DNA of 63,515 nucleotides, counting the filler, from Lenisia limosa (taxonomy: Eukaryota > Protista > Breviatea), in NCBI GenBank assembly GCA_001655205.1. It is 13 parts of 13 records of this genome, joined end to end, with 100 filler letters (N's around TTAATTAATTAA, not from the genome) between each part and the next. Parts side by side here need not be neighbours in the genome. Positions count along the whole stretch, not along the records: positions 35,649 to 37,545 come from LPNZ01011078.1; positions 37,646 to 45,254 come from LPNZ01010701.1; positions 45,355 to 47,165 come from LPNZ01010569.1; positions 47,266 to 49,263 come from LPNZ01008141.1; positions 49,364 to 50,686 come from LPNZ01010693.1; 8 more parts are not named here. One strand, given 5' to 3'. The notes under the pieces were generated by a model, which was given only the letters and a program-made list of their open reading frames with translations, was not told the DNA's origin and did not search any database. Positions within the stretch are counted from its first letter, which is position 1. Each line of letters begins with the position of its first letter. Below are positions 36,664-49,496 of this stretch, in pieces. A program made the translations under genes and the position numbers.

Positions 36664-37285
36664 CAATTTCACACAAATTGCAGGAAAATTGGCACTCCGG
36701 GCCGGGCGCCCGGGGTCATTTTCGAAATAATCAGTTCAAAAATCTTGCTCTTTTTGTTATTTTGGGCTGTTCTCAAATTTGGAATTAAGTTTGTGGAAGT
36801 TTTATAACTTTTGCGATATTTTTGTGATTCGGACCCCGAAAGTTCCAGAAAGTTCCTTATTTGCCTAATTAGGAAAATAGGGCTTTGAAAGTCTAAAAAA
36901 CAGCCTTTTCTCTTCTGACANNNNNNNNNNNNNNNNNNNNNNNNNNNNNNNNNNNNNNNNNNNNNNNNNNNNNNNNNNNNNNNNNNNNNNNNNNNNNNNN
37001 NNNNNNNNNNNNNNNNNNNNNNNNNNNNNNNNNNNNNNNNNNNNNNNNNNNNNNNNNNNNNNNNNNNNNNNNNNNNNNNNNNNNNNNNNNNNNNNNNNAT
37101 AATTTCAGTCAAAATGTCAGGCTTCATATCTGGAGCCTACTAACGTCATTTTAAAAACTNNNNNNNNNNNNNNNNNNNNNNNNNNNNNNNNNNNNNAAAC
37201 TTAATTCCAAATATGAGAACATCCTAAAGTAACAAAAAGAGCATTTGCCCGGAGTGCCAATTTTCCTGCAATTTGTGTGAAATTT
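36664..37285. mobile_element. About 620-bp non-autonomous TIR element, TA-flanked (Tc1/mariner-like)
   Basis: Perfect 38-bp inverted repeat AATTTCACACAAATTGCAGGAAAATTGGCACTCCGGGC (36665-36702 / 37247-37284), TA on both sides one base further out; interior partly N. Confidence 0.8.
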
Positions 37286-37940
37286 TACATTCGGTCATTA
37301 TTTCGTATTTCTATTGGTTTTTATTGATGTCCAAGTTTTTTTGAGGGAAATTATTCAAAAAGTTTATAAAAATATCGGGATTTATAGGGTTTATAGGGTT
37401 TAGCCGTTCATGCATATGCATATTTCTCTGTTTGCCGATACGGCAGCAAAGACCGTATAAATATCGATGTTTGTTAAAGATTTATCGAGAGATTCGGACT
37501 TTTTTTGGAACCCCTAACCCTCAGCTCCGCTTTGCGAATTTGGTGNNNNNNNNNNNNNNNNNNNNNNNNNNNNNNNNNNNNNNNNNNNNTTAATTAATTA
37601 ANNNNNNNNNNNNNNNNNNNNNNNNNNNNNNNNNNNNNNNNNNNNTGGCGGCGCAGCGCAGGCCTAGATCTGGGGGAAATTACAAACATGTTACAAAAAA
37701 TTGGACATTATACACCACACCTCCTAGGTTAGCGATTGACTGACGCATTTAAGAAGAAGTTCACTGGAAGTTCGTTTCTTGTGAGAAATCTCTCAACCTA
37801 TCTACCCTACTCCAGCACAACATGAACAATATCAACATGTCTGGGGGAATGAGTTAATTGGTCCGCAGGCCAGGGTTAAAATAAACATTCCTCCGCCAAG
37901 ATTATCTCACTTTTGTTCCTCACCCCACCAAGCTTATGAT

Positions 37941-38032
37941 GGGGGATTCTCGGCGCGCATCTTTACTCATTCTTGTGCTTTGTACGCGAAATTTTTCGTA
38001 AAGGTACTGAAGGTGCGTGCCGAGAATCCCCC
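37941..38032. mobile_element. 92-bp hairpin element with GGGGGATTCTCGGC termini and apparent 3-bp TSD (GAT)
   Basis: GGGGGATTCTCGGCGCGCA ... TGCGTGCCGAGAATCCCCC, with GAT at 37938-37940 and 38033-38035. Confidence 0.7.
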
Positions 38033-39032
38033 GATCTGTCTCTTGTGTGTTCGTGAATCGTGAAGTCCTCCTTTTTTTTTCTGTCGTTTTATGTTAGTGT
38101 GTTTTCTATCATATAGTTAACCGCCGGATCTTTATGATCCTAGTTTCAAGATACTGTAAAAAAATCTTGGAAGGCCTTTATTGCTTTAGGTATCGGAGGA
38201 ACCGATTTGAAAAGTAGGAGGTTTAACTAGGGGGCGGCTGAAACCTATATATTATCAACAAAGGTTAAAATATATATTGTATATTTTCTTGGTTATGGTA
38301 TACAATTAATTCACCTAACCTTTTGCCTGAAAACTCTGTGCACACAGCTTTCTGCTTGCCTCCCTAGCAATATATATATATATGTATATGTATCTAACAT
38401 GTAATTATATGGTATATATATGGTATATGGTATACTATATGCATTCATATATCATATGTACATATATTATATGAATATGCATACTATATGGAGATTTGAG
38501 CTGGTCCCTAGAAACCAGGTTTTGTTTATTTGTTTGTTTTGATCTGTTGACCACCATCAAAAAAATTGTCATGAATTCGATTAATACAAAATTAGAAGTT
38601 GGACGTGTGACCTGAAAGGCTGCAATGACACTTCTGTGATAAAGGTTATCTCCAATAGGGCTGAATTGGCTTCCCAATTCATTCCCTTGAACCCTCCCGA
38701 TAGAATGTTTAATTATGTAATTTTTCTACTATAATATATAATATCTTATCGATATACAGTAATTTACATGTATTGTTATAATACATATCATAGTATTATA
38801 ATATATATATATGTATTATACATACAGTGACCGCGATTTGTCCTGACACGATTGACTAAAGATAAAGCTCAGTATTCATGTCAGGACTTATCACGGTCAG
38901 TGTATATCATACTATACTATATCATATATATATATATATATATTATATATCTTATACTATATCGATATCTGATATATGATATATCATATGCATATATATA
39001 CTATATGTATGTACCTGTATGTTGTCCCATAT

Positions 39033-39183
39033 CCACTAGTGATATGATGATATGGCCGGCTTTCGAATCAAAATGATGAACGAAGATAACACTATTGGTT
39101 CACCCCGATTGTGTCAGAGTATCATTGAGACTTGTCAGTCAATTATCACACGAGTGGATATGAGGTGTCATATCACTGCGTGG
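39033..39183. repeat. About 150-bp inverted-repeat-bounded dispersed element; second copy 63085-63234
   Basis: CCACTAGTGATATG ... CATATCACTGCGTGG ends, colinear interior in both copies; similarity extends about 35 bp beyond the right arm, so true ends are uncertain. Confidence 0.75.
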
Positions 39184-40391
39184 AAAATGGTTGTTAACAC
39201 ATGGGAAAAGGATCCAAAAATAAGNNNNNNNNNNNNNNNNNNNNNNNNNNNNNNNNNNNNNNNNNNNNNNNNNNNNNNNNNNNNNNNNNNNNNNNNNNNN
39301 NNNNNNNNNNNNNNNNNNNNNNNNNNNNNNNNNNNNNNNNNNNNNNNNNNNNNNNNNNNNNNNNNNNNNNNNNNNNNNNNNNNNNNNNNNNNNNNNNNNN
39401 NNNNNNNTCCCCAGGCTTTCAACATCTCTTCCGAAGAAATAGTAAGAGAGTTTCTCTAAATCAACAAATATTATTTTCTTGATGTAAATATGACTGTTGA
39501 CAGTTTCGTGCAAATATCCCTTTGATGATGGATTTGGTCAGATTGTGTTTTTTTTTGTAATGACACATTATTCTTCTAGCAAAGATTACCCGAGTTCATC
39601 AAGAAATCTGGATGTATTGATCACGCTGGTGAGGGTGGGGAGTACTTCTTGGAGTAGAGAATAACAATACCCCTAACCATCAGATCACTTTTAAGGTAAT
39701 TAATCTCACATATGTTGAAAATCCTTTTGTTTTTGATGCAGTGATATGTCCCTAATATTCTGGTTCTAGGGTAAATCCTTTTGTCTCTTTTTTTACCGCA
39801 AATTCAAACATACTGCACGAACATGTAAATACATGATATGATATGTATTTCTCGAGGATATGGGACAAAGTTGACTTTTTAAAATGTATTCACTTCACCT
39901 TCCTTATTTGAACTGCCTTCTGCTTCTTATTATTCTAGAGTGCAACCACTCTTGCAATAAAGCAGCGGAGAAGAATTCTTTCTTTTGTACACAACATGGT
40001 GGTAAAGAAGCTGAAATAGCCCCCAAGTACTCAATCTCGATCAGATCAAATTGTGAGATGAACGGCATTATATCATATGGTTCCAAGTGATACGCCTATC
40101 GGTATTAGATTGTCTTTTTTATTTATGAACGAATTCAACACCTGTATTGTATGTTATGAACGAAAAACGTGGGGGGGGGGGNNNNNNNNNNNNNNNNNNN
40201 NNNNNNNNNNNNNNNNNNNNNNNNNNNNNNNNNNNNNNNNNNNNAAGACTATTTTTCTCGATAGGCATCACTTGGAACTATATAATAGATGAAAAAAAAA
40301 AACACACAGAAAGTTGTGTGCACAGAGTTTTGTATTATGATATGAAGTAATTAATATATTATTACATAGTATATCATAATATGTATAATAT

Positions 40392-42452
40392 AGTCACAGC
40401 TCCTGACATCATTCAAAACTCCCGGACACATCAAAACTCCCGGACAGCTTGAATTATTTCTCTAAAATCCCCAATAACCTTACTTCCCACATTTTCATTC
40501 TAAATCACAGGATGGAACGCCAATATAACACATTCTCGACTCAAACCCAAAATAAGACCCATAAATTGCCAAAACTGCCCAAAACCGTTATAAAAGGCCA
40601 CATTCAAGTAATAAATGGCCAATTATCCTGGAAAGTTTGCTATTTCGAGCATTTTTCTCTCAAAGTTCACCATTACATAACCAAAGCACAGGGGAATTCG
40701 TAACCAATTACTCCGAGGGGTGCAAATTTTGGTTTCTTAGAACTAAAAGAGGGATAGATTTAGAAAAAAAATCCGCGAAAAGGCAAAGGGGGGGACCCCC
40801 GGGAGACCAAATTCACGGGGGACATTCAGAGGGAATTTTCTCTATAATATACATATAGTATACATATTATATACATATGTATATACATATATAATACTAC
40901 ATGTATCTGTCGAACCAGCTTTCCAGAAAACACTCATATTGGCCAATACAAGAGGTCAACTTCAAGCTGTCCCGGAATTTTGATGTGTCCGGTGAATTTT
41001 GAATGCTGTCCGGAGCTTTGAGGACCCATATATATATATATATATATATATCATCACATCAAAACTCCCGGACAGCTTGAAGTTGACACCTTGTATAGGC
41101 CATTGTTAGTGTTTTTTGAAAAACTGCTTCAACAGATACATAGAGAAATGGGCCTCCTGATGTTCCCTTTTTCAATTTTGAGCAAATGTCAAAAATCCGT
41201 GATTTTGGTCTCCCGGGGGGGGGGGGGTTCCCCATTTGCCTTTNNNNNNNNNNGTTTGAGCTCTTTTTTAACTTTGCTTGCTCTCTTTTCCCCCCTGTTT
41301 TGTCGGTTGATTAGTTAGCAGATATATATATGTGGGACCTCAAAGCTCCGGACATCATTCAAAATTCCCGGACACATCAAAACTCCGCACAGCTTGAAGT
41401 TGACACCTTGTATAGGCCATTGCTAGTGTTTTTTGAAAAAATGCTTCGNNNNNNNNNNCTTGCCATTTATTCCTTGAATGTGGCCTTTTATAACGGTTTT
41501 TGATTGTTTTTGACCGTTTTTGGACCGTAAATAGAGAGCTTAGGGACTTAATTTGGTTTTGACNNNNNNNNNNATGTCAAAAATCGGTGAATTTGGTCTC
41601 CCGGGGGTCCCCTTTTGCCTTTTCACAGGATTTTTTTCTGAATCTTACCCTCTTTTAGTGTAAAGAAACAAAAATTTGTACCCCTCGGAGTAATTGGTTC
41701 CGGGTTCCCATTTGCTTTGGCTATGTAATGGTGAATTTTGAGAAAAAAAAAGGTTAAAAATAGCACTGCCTACAGGGGTAAACTTTTGCTTGAATGTGGC
41801 CTTTTATAACGGTTTTTGCTTGTTTTTGACAGTATTTGGACCGTAAATNNNNNNNNNNCGAAAACTCAAGCTGTCCGGGAGTTTTGATGTGTCCGGGAAT
41901 TTTGAATGATGCCCGGACAGCTTGAATTTTCCCTCTAAAAGTACTATTAACTTCATTTTCTTGTTATTTTCGAAAGTAATTTCAGTCATAATTGGATAGA
42001 ATGCGATTTTTACATATTCTTGGCTCAAACCCAAATTAAGTCACTTGGCTACCNNNNNNNNNNTCCTTAAACTGCCACAAACAACCAAAACCGTTATAGT
42101 CGGCCACATTCAAGGAATAAATGGCAACGGGGGAATCCATAACCAATTACTCCGAGGGGTACAATTTTTTTGTTTCTTAACACGAAAAGAGGGATAGATT
42201 TAGAAAAAAATCCCGTGAAAAGGCAAAAGGGGCCACCCCCGGGAGACCAAATTCACGGATTTTTGACACTTGCTCAAAATTGGAAAAAAAAAGTTGGGAA
42301 CATTAAGAGGTCATTTTCTATATAGTATATCTGTCGAACCAGTTTTGTATTAAACACTACCGTTGACCCATACAAGGGGTCAACTTCAAGCTGTCCTGGG
42401 AGTTTTGATGTGTCCGGTGAATTTTGAATGCTGTCCGGAGCTTTGAGGACCC
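40392..42452. mobile_element. Cluster of 3-4 copies of an about 600-bp foldback/TIR element with CCGGACA/TCAAAA subrepeats, in alternating orientation
   Basis: Copy A ~40392-41027; reversed partial ~41055-41310; reversed copy from 41334 fused near 41910 to a forward copy ending 42452. TIR GGG(T/A)CCTCAAAGCTCCGGACA...; shared interior AACCAATTACTCCGAGGGGT...GGGAGACCAAATTCAC. Confidence 0.85.
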
Positions 42453-42959
42453 ACATACATATATGATATCTACATGTATTTATAATACCATATTGTTAAG
42501 TAAATAGATATATATAGTATATATAGTATATATATGTATATATGATACCTACATGTATTTATACTACATATTGTTAAGTAAATGATACAATTATTGGTAT
42601 AGTTGGTGTTTAAAACCGCGAACATGATTAAAACTGCGAACAAACCAAAAATCGAAAAAAAAATCCCTTCAGAAGCACCCTTTTTAGTGGGATAGTCGAC
42701 AGTTTCGAACTTTTGACACGGTTTCTTCAAGAATTTTCTATGTTCAGCCAATATAATGAAACTAATGGAGGAAAAAATCTTCAAATCGAAGTATCCAACA
42801 TTAGGGCCCATATTCCGTGTTTTGGATGTATTTTGAAGGTAATAAGAAAGGTTATGCCCGAAAGGGGTTAAAGATGTTTTTTTCCCGGACTGCGGATATT
42901 GAGATACAGGACCAATACGGTGTAGAAATTTACGGATACGGATACGAATAGGGGGATAG

Positions 42960-44794
42960 GGTTAATAAAACAGATGAGGCAGTACCCTCAATCAGGCTCA
43001 AACAAATTCGAGACCCCATATTCCATGTACCTGGGAAATTAGAGGAAATAAACATCATACCCTCGGGTCCAGAATTATACCCTGAACCTTATTTGCACCT
43101 GAAAAGGTTAATCAAAGGTATTTCAAACTATCTCCATTCCAGAGATTTAAAGGAAATGAAAGAGCACAGATCTCTGCGATCTCAATTCACGGTTCCTAGG
43201 AATAATCAATATTTCCATGAATTGACAAGTTCAGTTCATTCAGTTTAAAAGAAAAAGATACGTTTAAAAAGTTCCTCCGAATGGAGTTCAGTACACTTCA
43301 TGGAGGATATTCAGAGACTACGCTTCCCTGACAAAGAATTGGTATCACCGGTTAAATTTGTTTCTAACTACTGCAGATTCTTACCCTATCTCGAAATTGG
43401 CCTGTTGTGAACAACCATAAGAGCATCCTGCACTACAAGGAGCTTGCTGCTAACTAGATTATCGTATTGCAACCTCCAGGCTGCACGAAACCACAGAACT
43501 TCAATCAACTGCCCATTGGTCTTATCAGTATTCAAAAGGAGGATGGTTCAATCAAATACAGACACATACAAGATGCCTCCACTCTGACTCCGTACTCCCT
43601 TCACATCCCATTCAAATTACCCCAGATCTCCCTCCTCCAAAAGATCTGCAAAGCTGATGATAATCGACTTCATGAACGCCTTCTTTATTCTCTCTGTACA
43701 TTCAGACATACACCACTTACTTGGTTTCACCCTCCCCTCAGGCCACTGGTGCAATTACCAACGCCTCTCCATGGGTCATGGAGTCTCCTCTGCTTATTTT
43801 GACAGATTCTCCAGCGCAGTCAGATTTTTATGGAAGGATCATAGACATTATTTGGAAGCGGCTTCTCTAATGCACGAAGAGAAGGTATACATTCGCGAGC
43901 TGCTCCCCCTGGAGACTCCAGAACAGTTTGTAATCATGTTTTACTTGGACGATCGCATTGCAAGTGGGGGGGAGGGGATCCTATTATTGCTGACTATGTA
44001 TTCCAGTCAGGGTTATTGGTTTTCAAGGAGTATCAGTTTAAATATGCCCAGAAGAAATGCCAACCCCCCACCACACGTTAGATATGGCCATATCGTTGCC
44101 TACTCAAAAACTCACTCAATACTATGACCTCTTCTCCAATGCTATTGAATCTACATTATATCTCGAAATTCTAGTTGGTTACCTAAATTGGGCTTGGTTT
44201 ATTCTTCCACAGGTTAGACCATGACATCAAGAATGGACAATAAGAACGTCATCTCATGGTTCCAGAAGGGACGGACAGGGCAAGACCAGGAGTCAACCGG
44301 CTGATCTAGATGAGTAAAAAAAAAAAACCCCCTTCATATTTCACCCCCTTAGAACCAAGTGAAGAAGGCTGTCAAAAGTAACACCGCAATCCATCTCGCT
44401 TACATCGCAAGCCGCCACGACCAGCTACCTTATAGAAATGGACAGACTAAAGCAGAAAAAGGCACAGCTAAGGGAGGATCAAGTCAGAGAATCCGCCCTG
44501 AGAACTTATAAGACGACAAAGAATCATTACGACAAATTCTGTGACAACATACGATTACAAAAGAGACACCTACAGCCAGACGAAATTAAAAGACTTTATC
44601 GGTTACCTATCAGAGAGACAAATCACCCGGGTACCTTGAAATCATATGCATCGGCAATTATACATGCCACGACAGCCCAGCAGGGCTCCACACTGAAAAT
44701 AGTAAAAGAAGGGTTAACAGGGAATCTCTTGTATCCAAAATTGAGGGAAAACCCGCAGTTTTTGTTGGCTGTTAAAATATGTTCGCGGTTTTAG
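42960..44794 (+). mobile_element. Decayed DIRS/Ngaro-type (tyrosine-recombinase) retrotransposon: RT, RNase H remnants and YR N-terminus
   Basis: RT motifs KYRHIQDAS (ORF 43467), IIDFMNAFF, YQRLSMGHGVS and YLDD (43942-43953; ORF 43657); LEILVGYLNWAWFILPQVRP near 44160; RNase H-like MDNKNVISWFQKGR near 44233 and IHLAYIAS near 44390; YR SAM-like region ESALRTYKTTKNHYDKFC...GTLKSYASAIIH (44438-44794). Frameshifts and stops separate the pieces; the 5' boundary is approximate. Confidence 0.8.
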
Positions 44795-46235
44795 CCATTT
44801 CGTATAGTATATCGTTGTCCTAAAGTAAGTCATTACTTCAATTGTTTTTTTTTTGTTTTTTTTTGATACTTTTCATTATAAATAACCCTAAAAAAAATAT
44901 ATTCAAAAACATGCCCTTTTCATATCAAATCGTATATTTTTTCAAAAACCTAGCCTAACCACACACAACATAAAGGCACCATACAACATATCCGACGTAG
45001 CATAGAGGTCATTGAAACCCTATATAGGTCCTCCATGAAGTACTTTGGTGATCGGCTTTGGGGGATATTCTGTTTAGCTTGGCTTCACCACCTATCAAAA
45101 AAAAAGACTTTCCAGCTTCCCCACTGTTGATAAACACTTATTTAAAAAGCATAAAGTCGCTCACCTTGTAATGGAATAGTGCGGTAATGTTTCCTAATAT
45201 ATTGCCTTGACACTCGCCACAAATACCAAGAGGTTAAAAATGAAACAACACCAGNNNNNNNNNNNNNNNNNNNNNNNNNNNNNNNNNNNNNNNNNNNNTT
45301 AATTAATTAANNNNNNNNNNNNNNNNNNNNNNNNNNNNNNNNNNNNNNNNNNNNAAAAAAAAAAGTATAGTATACACACACACACACACACAAACACAAC
45401 CTAATCCCGCCCAGACCAAACAAGAAGCCGCCATGACGCATCAAGCCGAGGCCCTCCGAAGCCACCATCTGCATCTCAGGGTCCTGAGAGCATTGGAGCG
45501 CCATGCGGCCTGGGCCCAACGTCTCAGATACCAGTCCTTACAGGTGGGGGTTTGGGCAAGAGTAAGTAACATAGAGATATCTATTACCCACGGTCCCAAA
45601 ATAACGGGGGAATAGCCTTTTTAATCGAAGATTTATCAATAAAAAAAAATAAAAAAAAAACTGCCCAATAGCCCTCCCCTCATCCAACCAGATCAAGACG
45701 CTTCGTGACAANNNNNNNNNNNNNNNNNNNNNNNNNNNNNNNNNNNNNNNNNNNNNNNNNNNNNNNNNNNNNNNNNNNNNNNNNNNNNNNNNNNNNNNNN
45801 NNNNNNNNNNNNNNNNNNNNNNNNNNNNNNNNNNNNNNNNNNNNNNNNNNNNNNNNNNNNNNNNNNNNNNNNNNNNNNNNNNNNNNNNNNNNNNNNNNNN
45901 NNNNNNNNNNNNNNNNNNNNNNNNNNNNNNNNNNNNNNNNNNNNNNNNNNNNNNNNNNNNNNNNNNNNNNNNNNNNNNNNNNNNNNNNNNNNNNNNNNNN
46001 NNNNNNNNNNNNNNNCTAGAGATGCCAGTATCTTTTTTTTTTTACTAGTTCTGTATGATATTGTAGTATATACTAAACATATTACACCCCAGGACATACC
46101 TCACACATCGGCGGCAGCGGCGTGTCGCCAACACCCTGGCGANNNNNNNNNNNNNNNNNNNNNNNNNNNNNNNNNNNNNNNNNNNNNNNNNNNNNNNNNN
46201 NNNTATAACGCGTGGGGGCGGGGTAATTATGTAGT

Positions 46236-46610
46236 ATATGCTCGAGGTCCTAAACTATGTCGTTAATTCAATTTTCTGTAACTGTCTCTTTGTCATGTTA
46301 CGGTCAACTTCACAACAATTTAACTCGTAAAAAAGGACATATGAGAAAAAATACGAGCATAAACTGAAAAAAAAAATGCGCAAGCGTGGCGCTAAAATAA
46401 TTAAATTTTCGCGATAAAGTTTGCCGATTTTGCAAAAAAAAAATTGAAAGGTTTTTTTTTTTTCTCTCTTTGTTTCCCTTCGTAAACAAATAAAGTGTGT
46501 ACATCCCAGAAATATTTTTTACAGTTGAAGGGGAATAGCTGATTTGGCGACGATAAATAATTAACGACATTAATTCGAATTAACGACATAATGTTGGACC
46601 TTGAGCATAT
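46236..46610. mobile_element. About 370-bp TIR element (ATATGCTCGAGGTCC...GGACCTTGAGCATAT); copies at 61692-62039 and partial reversed at ~30770-31010
   Basis: About 40-bp imperfect TIRs and colinear interiors on three unrelated pieces; no ORF. Confidence 0.82.
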
Positions 46611-48377
46611 GGTCATAATATATATTATAACGTACTATNNNNNNNNNNNNNNNNNNNNNNNNNNNNNNNNNNNNNNNNNNNNNNNNNNNNCCACATGCGA
46701 GCCCTGAAACACCAGAACTTTATCTCGAAAAGAGTGGAGACGGCACAACTTCGTCTCAGTAACGTCAGAAATGTTCTAAACCAAGTACGCTCATCATCTT
46801 ATTTATAAAAACTAGCTACATATATATTATATCATATATTATATATTAATCCCAATGTAGTACATGTATGAGAGAGAGAGAGAGAAAAAGAAATATCTTC
46901 GATATGTGCAAAAATGGAGTATACAGAATATCATATAATATAAAGGAAATGCATCATCTGACAGATATCTTTGTGTAATATTGTGTGACTAATTTATTTT
47001 TTAGGTATTTGACCGTACTTTGGGAAGAGACGTGTTTAGGGCTTGGAAGGAGGAAGCGGAATCGTCTGCAAGCCGAATGAGGTGGGGCTCTTCTTGTTCT
47101 TCTTGCGATTGTTTTTTTTTGTTTGTTCTTTTTTTGTTTGTTTTTTTTTTGTTTTTTTTTTTGTTNNNNNNNNNNNNNNNNNNNNNNNNNNNNNNNNNNN
47201 NNNNNNNNNTTAATTAATTAANNNNNNNNNNNNNNNNNNNNNNNNNNNNNNNNNNNNNNNNNNNNCTTAGTCAAACTTAGTTGATAAGAAGTGGGAAGGG
47301 GTGGGTTGTATGGGTATTGAGAAGAGAGAGAAAAGGACTATTTTGGTGAATTTTCAAATGTTTGATCATAAAGTTATTTGTATTTTCTATTTTCACCATA
47401 AAATAGCTATTTCCCATTTTTACTCCCCGCATCCCCCTTTACATCAAAATTCTTCATTGAACTTTCCTATTTTTTACCCCCCCCCCAGACCTTAGGCTCC
47501 TTCTACACGCGTCCCTTTCCCCTCGACCTAGACAGGGCCTTCAGTGACTCCGCTGCAACATCCCCCCTAGTTTTCCTCTTAACTTCTACAGCAAATCCGC
47601 TGCCAAGGTAAGAAGTTGTAAGATTTTTTTAACAAGACTATTCACTCTACCTATTCTTTTGATCACTTTGTTGCATTGACGTGTAATTCTTTTGCTATTC
47701 ACTCTACCTACTCTTCATTTTTCATCACCAACCAGTATTTTCGCTCTGGCTGCTAGACGGTCCATGGTTGACATGGTGACAGTTGTCAATTTATCCCGGG
47801 ATAGGTGGGGGGGGGGGGGNNNNNNNNNNNNNNNNNNNNNNNNNNNNNNNNNNNNNNNNNNNNNNNNNNNNNNNNNNNNNNNNNNNNNNNNNNNNNNNNN
47901 NNNNNNNNNNNNNNNNNNNNNNNACACACACTTTTTTTTCCTTAAAGCTGGCCGCTAAACCAGAATGAAACCTCGGAATAAGGATTGTCCCATGGATTTG
48001 GGGCTCGGAAGGAGTTATATTTTGGCAATTTTGACCATGGATTTGGGGCTTGTAGTGCTTCAAGTATAGTCAATTGCGCAGTTAGAGCTTGATAAACCTT
48101 GTTGCTTTAAAATTGCACAATTTGTACGCTGTAGTGATNNNNNNNNNNNNNNNNNNNNNNNNNNNNNNNNNNNNNNNNNNNNNNNNNNGTGGTTGGATCG
48201 TAGCCCCGAACGCACATTCAGCGGCCGACCTTCTTCCCAAGCTCCACCGCTTGATAGTGGCCATGCCGCTCAATACCGTTAACTCAAGGTGGGCCAAGGA
48301 CGTTTTGTTTTTTACATTTTATTGAATTTTTCTGGTCGTTTTTTTTTATTGGTAAACTCATTGTTTTGCTTTATTCC

Positions 48378-48485
48378 CGTGATGGGATGTGGTGCTGCAG
48401 AAGTGACTAGCCTGGGCTTTTTTGTTTTGTTGTTATCAACCCTCGTGTGTTGTCAGGAAACAAAGAGTTGATTTGGGTTTTTTTT
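48378..48485 (-). repeat. Dispersed repeat family (AAAGCCCAAATCAACTCTGTTGGCTGACAACACACGAGGG...AAAGCCCAGGCCAGTCGCTTCTGCAGCACCGCATCCCATCAC)
   Basis: Copies or fragments near 24030, 27425-27476, 34445, 34540-34660, 35125-35180, 35890-35985, 48780, 55915, 60160-60260, 62395-62435, 63445; often next to N gaps. Confidence 0.72.
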
Positions 48486-49496
48486 GTTTCATACATTTTC
48501 CAATTTTACTCCCCCCTCGCCAATCATCCTGGGCTTTTTGTTTTCCTTTTTCACCCCTCATCCCACCCTCAGTTTATAACGTATGTATTTTATATAGGGC
48601 TTCACTTCGGTTCGGAAGACACCGGTAACATATCGATAGTTTTCGGGGATTTATCGAGAAATTCAGTCTTTTTTCGAACCGAAGTGAAGCCCAAATTATA
48701 TATCATGTCATATGGTTTGTTATCGGACTTTGTTGTTGTTGTTATTGTTATTGTTAGTGTTTGTTTCCTTTATTTTCCATTTTACTCAGCCAACAGAGTT
48801 GGTTTGGTTTTTTTTTTTTTTNNNNNNNNNNNNNNNNNNNNNNNNNNNNNNNNNNNNNNNNNNNNNNNNNNNNNNNNNNNNNNNNNNNNNNNNNNNNNNN
48901 NNNNNNNNNNNNNNNNNNNNNNNNNNNNNNNNNNNNNNNNNNNNNNNNNNNNNNNNNNNNNNNNNNNNNNNNNNNNNNNNNNNNNNNNNNNNNNNNNNNN
49001 NNNNNNNNNNNNNNNNNNNNNNNNNNNNNNNNNNNNNNNNNNNNNNNNNNNNNNNCAGCTTTCTGCGTGTATATAGCTAATATCCTATACATATACATGT
49101 ACATAGTATATGATATACTGTATGCACAGTGACCGGGATAAGTGTTGACCGATTTGCTAAAGGATTTCCCAAGGAAAATCGGTCAAGACTTATTCCGGTC
49201 AGTGTACATGTTTTTCTATATATAATATTATATAATACACCTAGGGTATGGCGGCGGCGGGGGNNNNNNNNNNNNNNNNNNNNNNNNNNNNNNNNNNNNN
49301 NNNNNNNTTAATTAATTAANNNNNNNNNNNNNNNNNNNNNNNNNNNNNNNNNNNNNNNNNNNNGCATCTACCTATAGATCAGCGGGATCCTTTAATACTA
49401 GTCTTGAGTACTTGCTTTTTTTTTTTTTTCAGCTACCCGCCATCTAGAGCCCTTATAATATGTTAAGTGGTACTATTTGCATTCCTAATTCCTCAG

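Noticed and set aside
44950-48300. Scattered GC-richer candidate exons (44950-45230, 45420-45600, 47740-47805, 48190-48290)
   Set aside because: Frame and strand ambiguous, interrupted by gaps and spacers; no recognisable product.
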